Source of the DNA: Octopus sinensis | Lineage: Eukaryota | NCBI RefSeq assembly: GCF_006345805.1 | Contig: NC_043006.1 | Span: forward strand, 27,900,001 to 27,964,000 | Length of the DNA stretch: 64,000 bases | Direction: 5' to 3' | Shown: positions 1-13,399 of the stretch, one piece after another | How positions within the stretch are numbered: the first letter of the stretch is position 1 | Layout: the number at the start of each line of letters is the position of its first letter | Notes under the pieces: model-generated | Told to the model about the DNA's origin: nothing | What the model saw: the letters and a program-made list of their open reading frames with translations, nothing else | The model's database searches: none | Translations under genes and position numbers: made by a program

Positions 1-894
1 CCTCAACACTTCCTCACCCTGCACTCGATCTCCATTTCACTTATCCTCTCCCCCTTCCTGAGTCACTCCAATTCTTTTTCTCCTCTCATACTATTTATCA
101 TCAACCACTCCTCCACATTAACCTCTACACCCATCTCTAACTATCTGTCACTTTCCTCACGCACACCTATGAAAATCCTCTTTTTTATTTTTTAAATACA
201 TTATTTTTAGGATTGTTAGCAATTTAATTTTAATATGGTAGGGTGTGGTCTAAGGAAGATTTAGTTGTTGTTTTTAACAAGTTTAACTCCCTCGTTGGCT
301 TGGAGATTGTTTGTTACTATTAGGTATGCTATCAAACAGCTATTAAAGAATGAATGCTTTTTTGACTCATCCTTTAAAATTCTATCTCTTAGTGTATGTA
401 CTGATTGGTAAAAGTGGAGGTGTTTTTATTATTTGGTTAAATTATGTATTTACTTTCAGTGTAGAATATAATTACTCTGGAAGAATTACTTACTTTTGAC
501 ATTCAGTTCAGTAACATGCTATTATTTATTCTCTTGCACAAACACACATAACTACATTAAAAATATTCAGTTTAGTCATGTCTCTATTCTCATCGCATCT
601 GTAGACTGCTAAGAGAGATGGATATTTGGTATATTGGTTAAAATACACCACATGTCACAGACATACAAAGTCAAACATTCCATTTAACTATATCCATAAT
701 TGTCAGCAGATACTATTTATTCCTAATCTGTTTTTAAGTTCTTCAAGTTTTGTGCAATATTTTACAATAATAATGTGAAGCTTCCCTTTTGCTTACATTA
801 TTCTATATATATATATATTGTATCTTTGTTTGAAGTATGTCAGCATACATTTCAGTGAATATATTTTTACAATATTTTTTGCTGTAATGTCATA

Positions 895-2145
895 GGAAGG
901 TTAGCAAGGAAAATAGCTTTTGTGTGTGATAGATGCACAGGTACAACAAACACCGAAAATGTACAGGAAATAGACTCCATCAACTGCCATGGGGGTAAGC
1001 TAGAGGTAGTAGATAGCTGATTTTATCTAGGTGATCAAGTTAGTAGCATAGCTCTCAGAATAAGATTAGGCTGGACAAAGTTTAGAGAGCTCCTGCCTTT
1101 GCTGGCAAGAAAGGGCCTTTCCCTCAGAATGAAGGCAGATTGTATGATACCTGTATACGAACAACTATGCTACATGGCAGTGAAACATGGGCTGTGACAA
1201 CCAAGGACATGCATAGGCTTGATAGAAATGAAGCCAGTATGCTTTGCTGGATGTGCAATGTCAGTGTGCATGTTCGACAGAGTGTAAAAGTATCTTGAGA
1301 GAAAAGTTAGGCATAAGAGGAATCAGATGTGGTGTGCAAGAGAGACAAATGCGCTGGTATGGTCATGTGATGCATATGGACGAGGACAGCTGTGTAAAGA
1401 AGTGCCGGTCCCTAACTGTGGAGGGGACCTGTGGTAGAGGTAGACCCAGGAAGACATGGGGTGAGGTGGTGAAGCATGATCTCTGAAATTTGGGCCTTAC
1501 AGAGGCAATGGCTAGTGATCGAAACCTTAGGTGATATGCTGTGCTTGAGAAAACCCATCAAGCCAAGTGAAATGGCAGTTGTGGCTGATGCTGGTGTCGC
1601 ATAACCGGCACCTGTGCAGGTGCATGTATAAAACACCTTTTGAGCGCTGAGCTTCACTGAGGCAAAGTGATTGAGCTCCTTTCGAATGTTGGGCCTCACA
1701 GAGGCAATGACTGAGACCTTTGGCATTATGTTTTGCTTGAGAAGAAGACTCATCAAGCCAAATAAAATCGCAGTCGTGGCAGATACCGGTGTCACACAAA
1801 TGGCATCCGTGCCAGTGGTATGTAAAGGCACCTTTTGAGCATTGGGGCTCATGAAGGCAAGGACTGAGATTAATTGGTATTATGCTTTACTTGAGAAAAC
1901 CCATCAAGCCAAGTAAAACTACAGTTATGGCAGATACCAGTGTCATGCAAATGGCATCTGAGCTGGTGGTATGTAAAAGTACCTATTACACTCTGGGAGT
2001 GGTTGGCGTTAGGAAGGGCATCCAGCCATAGAAACCATGCCAAAACAGACTGGAGTCTGGTGCATACTTCCAGCTTGCCAACCCTAGTCAAACTGTCCAA
2101 CCTATGCCAGCATAGACAACAGACATTAAATGATGATGATGATTA
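895..2145 (+). mobile_element. 5'-truncated RTE-clade LINE (RT C-terminus, 3'UTR, (GAT)n tail)
   Basis: Degenerate frame ...[37 protein letters not shown]...GRGRPRKTW. The shared 3' end ggagtggttggcgttaggaagggcatccagc...ttaaatgatgatgat recurs across the window. Confidence 0.9.
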
Positions 2146-2382
2146 ATCCACAGTGTGTTTAATTTCAAAAATTTATTATTGGTATATGCTCAGTTATTTA
2201 TATATGGTAAATACAGTCTTTTATTTCTATCAATTATTCTACCCCATTAAGTTTGGTATGGTAAAGGTAAAGACCCCTTTGGTCTTCTGTCAGATTTCAC
2301 ATCTATTACTTTGTTTTGTTTTGGGAATACTACTTTTGTAAAGAAGCTTACACAAAAATGTATATATTGATTTATTTCAGTT

Positions 2383-2509
2383 ATGGATGGTGATTTAAAG
2401 ATTGAAGCAAGTCCAAATGGAAGCCAACGGTTTCCTTTCTCTCACAACAATAGTTCAGGTTCCATTGCACCTGGATGTGTCTCATCTGCATCTTCTGCAT
2501 ACAACACAG
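2383..2509 (+). CDS. MLX: MLX coding exon 1 (MDGDLKIEASPNGSQRFPFSHNNSSGSIAPGCVSSASSAYNT)
   Basis: Acceptor tttatttcag ends at 2380, ATG at 2383, donor GTCAGT at 2510 in phase 1, joining in frame to the next exon. An upstream exon is implied but was not located. Confidence 0.85.
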
Positions 2510-3623
2510 GTCAGTTATTGAATGCTTTTCATTATTTCATTTATTGAAACTGTATTAAAACTAATTGAAAGAAAATTAACGTGTATTGATTTGGAATGTG
2601 GTTAATTTTATTAAATAAAGAAAAGTTAGAAAGCCATCATAGAGGAAATCTTCAATGCAATCTTATATTAAAAATCAGCAGTTTTTTTCCATTAATTCAA
2701 TACTTAATCCACTTAATACCTCAACTAAGGCTGCTCTTACTAAAGTGTTTATATTTAAAACTGAAATCTCAATAAAACTTGCATATGATATTTCGGTTGG
2801 TCAACACCACCCATATTATATAAGCCAACACCAACATATTAAAATAAAATAGATATACTTCACTAAGCCTCTCCAAAATTTTGATTAGATTGAACTTCAG
2901 CTGAAATACAAAGTTACTCATTAAAAATGTATCAATGCTAAGTTTTAACCTTTGTCGTTATCAGGTGCCTTATTCCAGTCTATATACAGGTTTAGGGACT
3001 GTATAGGGTATTTAGGCTAAATTCGACCCTTTTTTATGTCTCCCTTTTTCTGGAACAGCTTGATGTATTGGTGAACAGTCAATGACATCGAAAAGCATAA
3101 GGATTAAAGATGTAGTTGAGAAAAAGTTAGCTGACACAAGAGAACAGGCAGCCATTTGAATATTGATAAAGAGTTACTTGTATTGTAATGATTCACACCA
3201 GGTATCAAAATGCTGACATCATAACTGCTGCTCAATACTCTGTGAACACTGTAAAGGCTCTAAGACATGGCATGGACAATTGCAATGAAGATTACGAAGC
3301 TGTGGCCTGACTGAGTCTGCATGCCAGAATTCATCCCCATACATTTGAATAAGATCTTAAGACTCTATTCAGATGGCTATGTGAAGCTGCTGGAGACTGT
3401 GGTCCAACACATGCTAGCATAGAAAATGGATGTTAAACGATGATGATATATATGTATGTGTGTGTATATACATACATACATACATATATATGTATATATA
3501 TAAAGATAAATTAAATAGAGATACTATTGACAATCCAATAATTTATTTATATTATATAACAAACAGTTATTATTAAAAAACCCAAAAGGCCAACAAATTG
3601 TTTTGACTTATATGCATTTTCTG

Positions 3624-3656
<33 letters not shown>

Positions 3657-4832
3657 ATAACAGCTCCCTTATATATATAAGTCACTTCAGGGTCATTGTT
3701 TAAAAATAGATGAAATTCCATGTGAAAGGATGGCTGGATTGTAAAAATTAATTCAAAAGTCTATGTAATATGAGCATGAGTGTTAACTATTCAACCATGC
3801 ATCAATTACAATTAGAAGCAACAAAAACACTAACGGACAATACGACCAAGTAAGTGCAATCCACAACCATCGAAACCCGTTCATGTCCAAGAGAGTCCCT
3901 CGTCACCACAACATACAACAATAGATAGGTGTGTATATATATATGTATATAATTATCTATCTAGAACTGCAGCAAAACATATATAAACAATTACATCTTC
4001 AATACAACTCTTCTATAAATTTAAATTAATTGATATTAAAAGAATTATCTTTAAACAATGACCCTGAAGTGACATATATATATGGGAACTGTTATTGTGT
4101 ATGTATGTGTTTATATATATATCAGAAAGTGTATATAAGTCAAAACAATTTGTTGACCTTTTTGGTTATTTTAATAATTGTTTATGTTATATAATATTAT
4201 GTTATATTATATTCATAGTATATTATGTAATATTATAATATAAATAAATTATTAGATTGTCAATAGTATCTCTCTAATTTATCTTTGTAATTGTATTATA
4301 CCCATATTTATATGATATTCAACTGATGTACCAGTGAATTGGATGTTTAATGCACCTTTTGAAGGGACTCTTTTCCTTAGTTTGTTACTATATATACATA
4401 GGCACGTACCTACACAAGTACAAGCACGCACATATGTGCCCATACACTCAGATACATATATTCATATAGATGCGTATACACACGCATACACACACACACA
4501 TACACCCACATATATATATATATACATACACATGTACACACATATACACATGCATACATATATATATACATACATACCCGCACACGTACATATGTGTGCA
4601 CATATACTCATGTATACGAATACATACACATACAGATGCATATATGCACACATATATATTGTGTATATGTATGTCCCACCATACATACACTCACTCACAT
4701 CTCAGTACACACACCTACTCATATCCACAGGCATACACTCTCATATATATATATATATATATATGCACATACACAGGCATACACATATATTCATAAACAT
4801 GTTACCACCTGTACATACACATACACGCATAC

Positions 4833-4906
<74 letters not shown>

Positions 4907-5744
4907 TACATGTACATACGAATATGTGCATATATATACATACTTATGCATACTTAAATGTAGACATACATGCACATATTTGCACAAGAATATAAGTACA
5001 CACTTACATACCTAGTCACTTATGAGTATGTGCTCATGCCCCGGCACACATACATGTGTATATATACACATACAAAACATCTAATGGTAAATTTTTTCAC
5101 TCTGAAGAGATTATGCTCAGAAGTAACTTAATATTTAATTAATTCACTTTGTATGATTGAAACAGCTTTAAGGAATAACGATCAATTTGTTGTTGATAAT
5201 AAACTTTAACTTCACAATCTCCATTTTCTTCTTTCTTTATATGAATATAAACTACAGTTTATATATGCACCTGCTATTTTAAGGTATTGAACCAATATTT
5301 CCTTGGATGACCCATCCTTTCATGAGACTAATATAATCTCTAATTGAATTATATATATAGGCAGAAGAGTGGCTGTGTAGTAAGTAGCTTGCTTACCAAC
5401 CACATGGTTCCAGGATCAGTCCCACTGCATGGCAACTTGGGCAAGTGTCTTCTACTATAGCCTTGGGCTGATCAAAGCCTTGTGAGTGGATTTAGTAGAT
5501 GGAAACTGAAAGAAGCCCATCATATATATATGTGTGTGTGTGTGTCTGTATGTGTTTGTCTTTGTCCCCCCAACATCGTTTGGCAACCAATGCTGGTGTA
5601 TTTATGTCCCTATAACTTAGCAGTTGGGCAAATGTAACAATAGAATAAGTACTAGGGTTACAAAGAATAAGACCTGGGGTCAATTTGCTCAACTAAAGGC
5701 GGTGCTCCAGCATGGCTACAGTCAAATGACTGAAACAAATAAAA

Positions 5745-5788
<44 letters not shown>

Positions 5789-8700
5789 TACTTTGTATAA
5801 TTAGCGTTCAGCAAAAAAAATTTTACTTTACCACACACCGAACTTTTAGAAATAGCAGTCAAAGAATTTAGCTATTTCCTCTACTATAAGAAGAGTCTCC
5901 CAGACAATGTATACTCAAAAACAATTCACGCAGCTCTAATTATACAAAGTAATGTTAAATATACTGTAAATGGTCTTTTTATTTACTGAACACTGCTTGG
6001 TAAAATTATTAATTACTAATTAATTAATTTTACCCTTATTATTATGTATATATATATATATATAGGTTGGTAATAAGATTTTGCATTTACTTGGAATTTC
6101 AAACTATTTTCAGATGATGAAGATAGTGACAGCCGTACTACTATGATGAGTTATAAAGATCGCAGACGAGAAGCTCACACACAAGCTGAACAGAAACGCA
6201 GAGATGCTATCAAAGTAATTTCTTTTCATATCTTTTCTTTTTTTGTTATTGTGTAAGTCTGAAAAAGAATATGGTAAAATGAAATGGTAGTGATTAGAAT
6301 TGGTAGGTGAGCAATGGTCCTTATCAGTGGAAACCAATTTAAATTTAAGCAAGTCAGGTATTATGTTAAGTATGCCATGAGAAGTAGAGACTCCTGCTAA
6401 AAGTCTGACTTGAAATGCTTGTCTTTTCTTTTCATGGCACGTTAATATACACCTCTTTTATATATATATATATATGTTCCAAAACATATCACCATACTAA
6501 AGGTATATATACTGTTAGAAAGAAACATGCTGTGGAATTGTCTGAGGTAAATTTTATGGAGTGGGCAAGTCAGTTACATCAACTCCAGTACCTGACTAGT
6601 GAAGGCGCATGGCTCAGTGGTTAGAGCATTGAACTTACGACCATGAAGTTGGGAGTTCAAATCCTGGACCGGGCTGCGTGTTGTGTTCTTGAGCAAGACA
6701 CTTTATTTCACGTTGCTCCACTTCACTCAGCTGTAGAATTGAGTTGCCACGTCACTGGTGCCAAGCTGTATCAGCCTTTGCCTTTCCCTTGGATAACACT
6801 GGTGACGTGGAGAGGGGAGGCCGGTATGTATGGGCGACTGCTGGTCTTCCATAAACAACCTTGCTCAGACTTATGCCTTGGCGGGTAACTTTTTAGGTGT
6901 AATCATTCGTGACCGAAGTGGGTCTCCATAGTACCTGACTGGTACATTTTGTCAATCCTGAAAGAACAAAAGACAAAATTGATTTTGGCGGGATCTAAGC
7001 TCAGAATGTAAAAAGTGAGAGTAAATGCTGTTATGCATTTTGTTTGGTGCACTAATGCTCCTACCTTAGGTATTCATAATGTCCTTGGATGGATCCAAAC
7101 CCCCACCCTTTTGGATAACAACTGTTGTGTTATATAATGCAATTCAGATTTTTGTGTAAGTTATTTTGAGATGCTTTTGTTTTAAATGATATTTTTATAA
7201 CTTGAAATGATTTTCTTGTTATATACCAAAGCTAAAGTGTATTGAAAATCATTTTCTTTGTTTTGCAGAAAGGTTACGATGACTTACAGACGATAGTGCC
7301 AAAATGCCAACAACCTGACAGTTTGGGATCTCAGAAACTTAGCAAGGCATCAGTTTTGCAAAAATGTGAGCTGGTTTTAACATTTGTTGAATGATTTTTT
7401 TTTCTTTTCAGTCTTAGCACATTAGTTAAAGGTGGAAGGATAGAATATATTATTACCCCATCCATGGTGTATATACATATATTCTACCACCATACGCCTC
7501 TTACTCGCCTCATGCACTATGCCTGTCTCTCCCACTCTCAACTCCTGCAATGCACCCAATCACATGTTATTTCCTGTCTTTTGTTTGTTTACTCTTTCAT
7601 CATTACTTCTCTGTTACTCTCCTTCTCTTTTTCTACCATCTGTTGTCTACTCCCCCTACCTCCCGCAACTCATGCTGCATTGTTAATCCCCCACCCCATA
7701 TCCACCATGTTTACTCTTCAGCCCTACTCAAATTTGACAGTTGTTGCCTACTACTCCTCTCATCACCAATTCTTCATCTTTCACTCTGGTTTCAGTCATT
7801 TGACTGAGGCCATACTGGAGCACCATCTTTAATACTTTTAAAAGATTTGTTCTGACCTTGGTGCTTAGTCTGGTTCTTAATTTAACAAATGGCTATGTCA
7901 CTTTTTAGGGAACTATTCCACTTACTAAATACTACCAGGTATTAAACTTAATTTACCATTTAGTCTAGCTGGAAAAGGCAGTGTCTGTAGCCCTTTAGTT
8001 ATTTCAAGGTGCAGGCATGGTTGTGTGGTTTAGAAGTTTGCATCCCAACCACATGGATTTTGGTTCAGTCCCATTGCATGATACTTTTGGAAAGTGTCTT
8101 CAACTATAGCCTGTGACTGGATTTGGTAGATAGAAACTGAAAGAAACCTGTTGTGTGTGTATTTGTGTGTTTTTTGTCTTATTGTCTTGACATCACTTGA
8201 TAGTTGTAAATGATTATCACTATCATACATTTAATTTGGCAGGTGCTTGGCGGTGTGGGGAAGGGATTGATATTTCGGAATCTATTGTTCCCTGAAATGA
8301 TAGAAGCATCAGACTTGCCAAAGTACAGAATGCGTGAATGTCCCTATGCCGGACTCTCTCCTCATCACATTGTAAAGGGATGTGGACATTTTCCACGACT
8401 GTTTCCCCCCACTGCCAAGAAGACAAATGTTTCAAAGAGATGTACAGTTTGTAAAGCAAAAGGGAAACATAAGGAAACTAGATACCATTGTTCACAATAT
8501 GATATGCCACCGTGTGTGGTACTCTGTTTTGAACTCTACCACACCAAAGTCAAATTTTTGAATTCATGTGATTGTAAATACTTGAAGTTGATCTGACTTG
8601 TGCTGTCAAGTGATCTTATTCAGGAATAATACTATATGAATGTCCTGCACAGGGATATAGTTTAAGTAAATAAACAATACTTGCACTAAAGTGGTTGACT

Positions 8701-11700
8701 TAAATATACACCAAACATTCTCTTGCACTGAGTGCTGAGCTCAGTTGGCTAAAGTGATTGACGTAAATGTATGCCAAACCCTTGTTGTGTGCTAATTGCT
8801 GATTTCAACCAAGATGATTACTGTCAATGCAATCTAGTTGGTTGATAAAAAGAAACCATTGTCATGAGGTTAAAATAATCACAATGAAACAATCTTGATG
8901 ATAATGGTGAATGTAATAGAAACAAACTTTATTCAATTCTTTAGATATAATACATGCATTAGAACTAAACTATTTTTAATGATTTTATTATTTTTACTTA
9001 TTCAGCCATAGAATATATTAGCTTCTTGGTGGATCAGAAATCTAAACAGGAGCTGGCTCTTGATACTCTCAGAAAAGAAGTTATGGCTTTGAAGATTATG
9101 AAAGCGTAAGTAGCAATCTTTTTATTTCCAATTTTAAAATATTTTAGACTTACAAAACAGCTATGTTGTTATAATGAGTCTCCTCCAAATCTATGTGGTA
9201 GAAAGATGAAAGCAAAATGTTTCCTCTAAGCAATGTATAGAACAGTATCAAAGTTATATGAAATTAAGTGTCGGCCTTTCTTTTCTTTTCTAAATATGTA
9301 AATATTGAAGATGTACTTGGAAAGTTTGTCTATTCTAGAATGAATGAAATTCGAGAAAGATTATGATGATGATAACAAAATTTCATTGATCTGTTTAATA
9401 AATGCTAGGATGAATGCTTAAGAGATATGAAACATAAAAATATGTTTAATATTAGAATTGTTTATGCACAGTAATTGGTATTTTTAGGCTGTCTATTTTC
9501 AACTTTAATTGTTAAATATATTTGATTTCTAGCAACTATGAACAAATTTTGAAATCTCACCAAAACACACCTCTTGCTGGACAAAATCAGGTTTCTGACG
9601 AAGTCAAATTTCAAGTAGTGAGTAAATTTTCTTTCTAATAACTTTGGTATTGAGTGTGTTACAGGAAAATGTCTCATAGCCTATTGCATCATTGTGGTAC
9701 CAGTGAAAACTTGTTCTTTACACAGTGCCTGATCATTTTAATTGAACCATAAAGCACAGCTAGATAATTACATGTTAAATCTCACTGCATGGTAACTTTA
9801 ATCAAGTGTCTTCTACCATAAGTTCAGGTTTGTCCAACACCTCGTGACTGAAATTTAGTTGGGAGTCCTTGGATAATAAATTTAACCCTTTTGATACCAA
9901 ACCACCTGAAACTGCTCATCATCTCATGATCGTTTAATGTCTGCCTTCCATGCTGGCATGGGTTTGACAAAAGCCAGCCAAGTAGAAGGCTACACCAGGT
10001 CTCTGTGTCTGTTTTGGCATGGGTTTTATGGTTGAATGCCCTTCCTAACACCAACCACCCTGCAGAGTGGTTATATAATAAAAAGTTTCAAAATTCACTG
10101 AAACAAAAAAGCAATATATTTCTTGAAAATATGCTAAGAAAAAGGTTAAATCATTGGATAAACATTGGCACCTGGTCCTTGGATACCTTTAGCAAAGGTG
10201 CACTATTCAAGCTTTCAGGCCATACTTCTGGACTCAGGATAACTTCTTCCCTTTCATCAAATTCTTGAGGCCCTAAAAAGGATTGTGGATGCTGTTCTTC
10301 TGATTAATCCATTAAAAGAGACAAAAGTTAAACTTGAAACTGTTGGCATCTTTTAGAATTCAACGAAGAACATAGCTAGTTTAGATTAAAATTTACTTGT
10401 ATGTTGCTTAAATCGTCTACAGTTTTAAAAGTAATTTTCTATGTTGAGCTTAGAAAACAATATGGCTGTATTGACAAATTAAATCATTATTCATCATCAT
10501 CATCATTATTTAACATCCACTTTTCTTTGGTTACATAGATCAGATGGAATATGTTGAGACAGATATTCTACAACCCTTAACTGTTTTCAAGCAAGGCAAT
10601 ATTTCCCATGGCTAGACATGTTTCTTATAGAAGATTAGAAACAAATGACACTATTTGTAGAATGGTGATGCTCATTTACAACCATCACATGATGTCAGGA
10701 TAAGGGTACACGCACATGCTGGATGTCCTTCAGATGGACTGCTTTTAGTTTTCATCTACCAAATCTACACAGAAGGTTTTAGTTGGCCCAGGGCTATAAT
10801 AAAAGACACTTGCCAACATGTCACACAGTGGGACTAAACCAGAAACCATGTGGTTGAGAAGCAAACTTCTTAACCACACAGCCATACCTATGCACACTCA
10901 CACATGCATGCACTGACATAGGCTCACACACATACATCACTTAGCCACCTGACCTAAACTTTTTAACTACTACTAACCAGTCATATCTTCATATACACAC
11001 ACAAAGCTACACACTAGTCTCAGGCACATGCACTCAGCCACACAGAAATATACATACACACAATGTGTCTTACCATTTTCCTTACAATATTTTTGTTCTA
11101 ATTTTATGATTTGTTCATTATTTTATTTTGTTTCTTTACCCCTAAAATTTTAGTTCAAGCAGATTATGGACTCCTTATTCCAGTCTTTTGTATCAGCAGT
11201 GTCAGTTAGCAACTTTACTGAACTTTCAACATGTGTGATAAGTTGGTTAGAAGCATATTGCAAACCTAAGGTAAGGCTAATCTTCCTCTCTGCTATTTTT
11301 TTGTCATGTCATTTTTGTGGCATTCTCACAAATGGTAAGTATAGCTTCATAGTTCAGAAGTCCAGCTTCACAACTATCTGCTTTGGGAGTTTGTTCCTCT
11401 CCACCACCTCTGTGCTGTATCATAAGCAAATGTCTTTTATCATAGTTTTGGGTTCATCAAAGTCCTGTCAATGAAATTTGGGTGACAGAAACTTTTTGGA
11501 AGTTCATTGAAAGGACTCAATACCCACTTCCACCAAGGAGACAGTAGCACGCACATGTGTGCATGTTACTATTTCCTTGTCTTTATGTTGTGTGATAGCT
11601 ACAAATGAGTGTGACCATCTTACAAGCAGAGTCCATTGTTTCCAAACTTCCATGAAAACATGTCTGGCTATGGGAAAATAATTCCTTACTTGAAAACAAG

Positions 11701-12375
11701 AAGACAGACAGATGATGACAACACCACTGCTGCTGCTGTCGTTGTGCTAGTAGTAGTATATTATAATACAAGCTAGATGTTTTCCCTGCCCCTTCTCAGA
11801 GAGTAGTAACTATACATGAAATGAATAGGCTGCCCCATTCAATTCATGCCAGCTTTGTGTGCTGGCATAAAAGAGTATATATGCATATCCATGTGTTTGT
11901 ACACATCTGAAATTTACTGGTATATGAAGTCACGTCATTTTATGTGAAAAAAAGAAAACCTAATTTTTGCTGAACAGATACCAATAAAATATATACCAGA
12001 CTGGATCCTGTTGCCATGATTCTTTTTTAACAATTTGTATCAATATTCTGTTGTGTCTGAGAAGAGTCATTTTCTTTTTGTGCCTTATAATGTAACACAC
12101 TCATCAACAGAACATGCTTCAACACACAAACTCGTATAAAGAATCTTGCAAACCAAATCCAAAACAAAATATTGTATCAATATGTTATTTGTATAACCCT
12201 GTGTTATCACATAAATTTTTTTTAATTTTGTTGGAGTATCAATTCCATCTTGATATACCCACACAATCCTGTAATATATTTTATTTCATTTTTTCTTTTT
12301 TTTTTCCAGATTTTGAAAGGACTTGTGGTTGGTGTTTTACAGCAGGTTTCTAATCAACCAAATATCAACCAGTAA
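2383..12375 (+). CDS. MLX: Max-like protein X (Mlx/bigmax), full spliced CDS: join(2383..2509,6114..6214,7269..7365,9006..9105,9533..9617,11154..11270,12310..12375), 693 nt, 230 aa
   Basis: All six introns are GT-AG with compatible phases. The translation contains the basic region SYKDRRREAHTQAEQKRRDAIKKGYDDLQTIVP, the HLH KLSKASVLQKSIEYI, the zipper LRKEVMALKIMKANYEQI and the C-terminal KFQVFKQIMDSLFQSF...SWLEAYCKP, all diagnostic of Mlx. Confidence 0.96.
3002..3405 (+). mobile_element. Internally deleted Tc1/maT-like transposon remnant
   Basis: Degenerate HQ.QNADIITAAQYSVNTVKAL..MDNCNEDYEAVA and PHTFE.DLRLYSDGYVKLLETVV. Same type as the 26.6-27.9 kb element. Confidence 0.6.
3502..4286. repeat. 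Fold-back element with long inverted arms (about 3502-3706 and 4046-4286)
   Basis: The arms are reverse complements, e.g. gtcacttcagggtcattgtttaaa / tttaaacaatgaccctgaagtgac and gagatactattgacaatc / gattgtcaatagtatctc. Confidence 0.85.
4385..5075. repeat. Compound (TA)n/(CA)n low-complexity tract
   Basis: Dinucleotide-rich tract that produces the spurious H/T/Y/I ORFs at 4334-4995. Confidence 0.9.
5360..5748 (+). mobile_element. tRNA-derived SINE family A. Other copies: about 8008-8225+, 10690-10885-, 13938-14080+, 21080-21240-, 41420-41870+, 45178-45560+, 46220-46380+, 55820-56130+, 56550-56900+, 59748-59880-, 63040-63185+
   Basis: tRNA-like head (gtggctgtgtggtaag...ggttcagtcccactgc), internal microsatellite, and conserved tail ggcggtgctccagcatggccgcagtcaaatgactgaaac. 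Confidence 0.88.
6114..6214 (+). CDS. MLX: MLX coding exon 2 (basic region)
   Basis: ttttcag acceptor, DDEDSDSRTTMMSYKDRRREAHTQAEQKRRDAIK, GTAATT donor. Confidence 0.96.
6601..6927 (+). mobile_element. tRNA-derived SINE family B (second copy about 37003-37327)
   Basis: Head ggcgcatggctcagtggttagagc...gttcaaatcc has A/B-box-like motifs. The two copies align over about 320 bp. Confidence 0.85.
7269..7365 (+). CDS. MLX: MLX coding exon 3 (helix1-loop)
   Basis: ttttgcag acceptor, KGYDDLQTIVPKCQQPDSLGSQKLSKASVLQK, GTGAGC donor. Confidence 0.96.
8236..8800 (+). mobile_element. piggyBac transposase 3' remnant (Cys-rich C-terminal domain)
   Basis: GHFPRLFPPTAKKTNVSKRCTVCKAKGKHKETRYHCSQYDMPPCVVLCFELYHTK matches the PGBD4/piggyBac zinc-ribbon pattern. 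Confidence 0.8.
9006..9105 (+). CDS. MLX: MLX coding exon 4 (helix2-zipper)
   Basis: ttcag acceptor, SIEYISFLVDQKSKQELALDTLRKEVMALKIMKA, GTAAGT donor. Confidence 0.96.
9533..9617 (+). CDS. MLX: MLX coding exon 5
   Basis: ttctag acceptor, NYEQILKSHQNTPLAGQNQVSDEVKFQV, GTGAGT donor. Confidence 0.95.
10080..10272 (-). mobile_element. Mariner transposase 3'-end remnant
   Basis: Degenerate LKNLMKGKK...AKGIQG...AYF on the - strand, followed by an AT-rich TIR-like end. Confidence 0.45.
11154..11270 (+). CDS. MLX: MLX coding exon 6
   Basis: ttttag acceptor, FKQIMDSLFQSFVSAVSVSNFTELSTCVISWLEAYCKPK, GTAAGG donor. Overlaps the track ORF at 11166. Confidence 0.96.
12310..12375 (+). CDS. MLX: MLX last coding exon
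   Basis: Long T tract plus ccag acceptor, then ILKGLVVGVLQQVSNQPNINQ*. Resembles the Mlx C-terminal helix. Confidence 0.88.
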   Translation: MLKGLVVGVLQQVSNQPNINQ

Positions 12376-12949
12376 ACACTTTCTTTGTGTGAATAAGAAG
12401 GCTGAAAACTATTTTCTCTGCTTTGTAGCTGAGCCCAGATTGAATTATGAAAACTTATTAATACTGGTTAATGGGCCATTGCTGTTTTAATTTCATCTTC
12501 CATATCCTGTCTTAATGATTTTACTTCTGAAAGAACAGTTTCTAAGTATTGAATTACAGCAGTGACTTTTAATGACTGCAGTGTTATTCAAACATTTTGC
12601 AATAACCATTATAGGTGCTGCATTTTGCTCACAAATTTAAACTGACCAAACAATTTTTTTTGTCATGTTTCTGAATATAGATATTTTATATTTAAATTTT
12701 ATTAAAATCTATAAATTATATTTCAATGTTTCTTTTAATAACTTTAAATATTACCCACCCTTTCTGATCCTTCATTCCTATTTGTCTCACATTGTATTTT
12801 GAGAGTACACCCTCACCATCTTTCTTCTCTCTTTCCACCTTAGGAAACCATGTGTCTCCTCTTCAATAAGACGTCTATTCTTGTCTTATCATAGTCTAAC
12901 ATCTCAATGCCTGATATAAGGTCACCTCCTTCAATACTACGCTCTCACT

Positions 12950-13172
12950 CAGTTGAAGGGGTCTTGTCTTGCAAGTTACTTAGTGACCTCAATAGTGCTA
13001 GTGCCATGAAAAAAGCACGCAGTAAACTGGTTGGCATTAGGAAGAGTATCCAACCATAGAAACCATGCCAAAGCAGACATTAGAGCTCAGCACAGTCCTC
13101 TGGTTTATTAGATCCTTTTAAATCATTCAACCCTTGCTAACATAGAAAACAAGCGTTAAATGATGACGACAA
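12950..13172 (+). mobile_element. RTE LINE 3'-end fragment. Others: about 9910-10070-, 14370-14585-, 16555-16730-, 28030-28280-, 28965-29240-, 55452-55640-, 57890-57935-, 59340-59747+, 63396-63590-, 63775-63988+
   Basis: Shared ttggcattaggaagggcatccagc...aaccatgccagcatggaaa...ttaaatgatgatga end, in both orientations. Confidence 0.85.
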
Positions 13173-13399
13173 CTAAGCATTGTAAGAACAAGAAGTACAG
13201 ATTATATAGATATTCTTTCATGTGTTAATTAACAAATTAAAATTTAAAAACAACTTTAATGTAAAATATATTACACAAAATGTGAAGTGTAAATAATTGA
13301 GAAATATGAGTTTGGTATAGAAAAGAAACTGTTTGGATTCTACGTAACACAATTCTTAACTGTATTAATACACTGGAATCAGTTGCAGCTATTCTAATG

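Noticed and set aside
4334-4995. Long ORFs of up to 207 aa on both strands
   Set aside because: Translations of (TA)/(CA) dinucleotide repeats inside MLX intron 1. The same applies to 18193-18555, 28820-29154 and 29377-29922.
6601-6680. tRNA-like sequences (also 32281, 37003 and the SINE-A heads)
   Set aside because: They continue into SINE bodies and lack complete cloverleaves, so they are SINE heads rather than tRNA genes.
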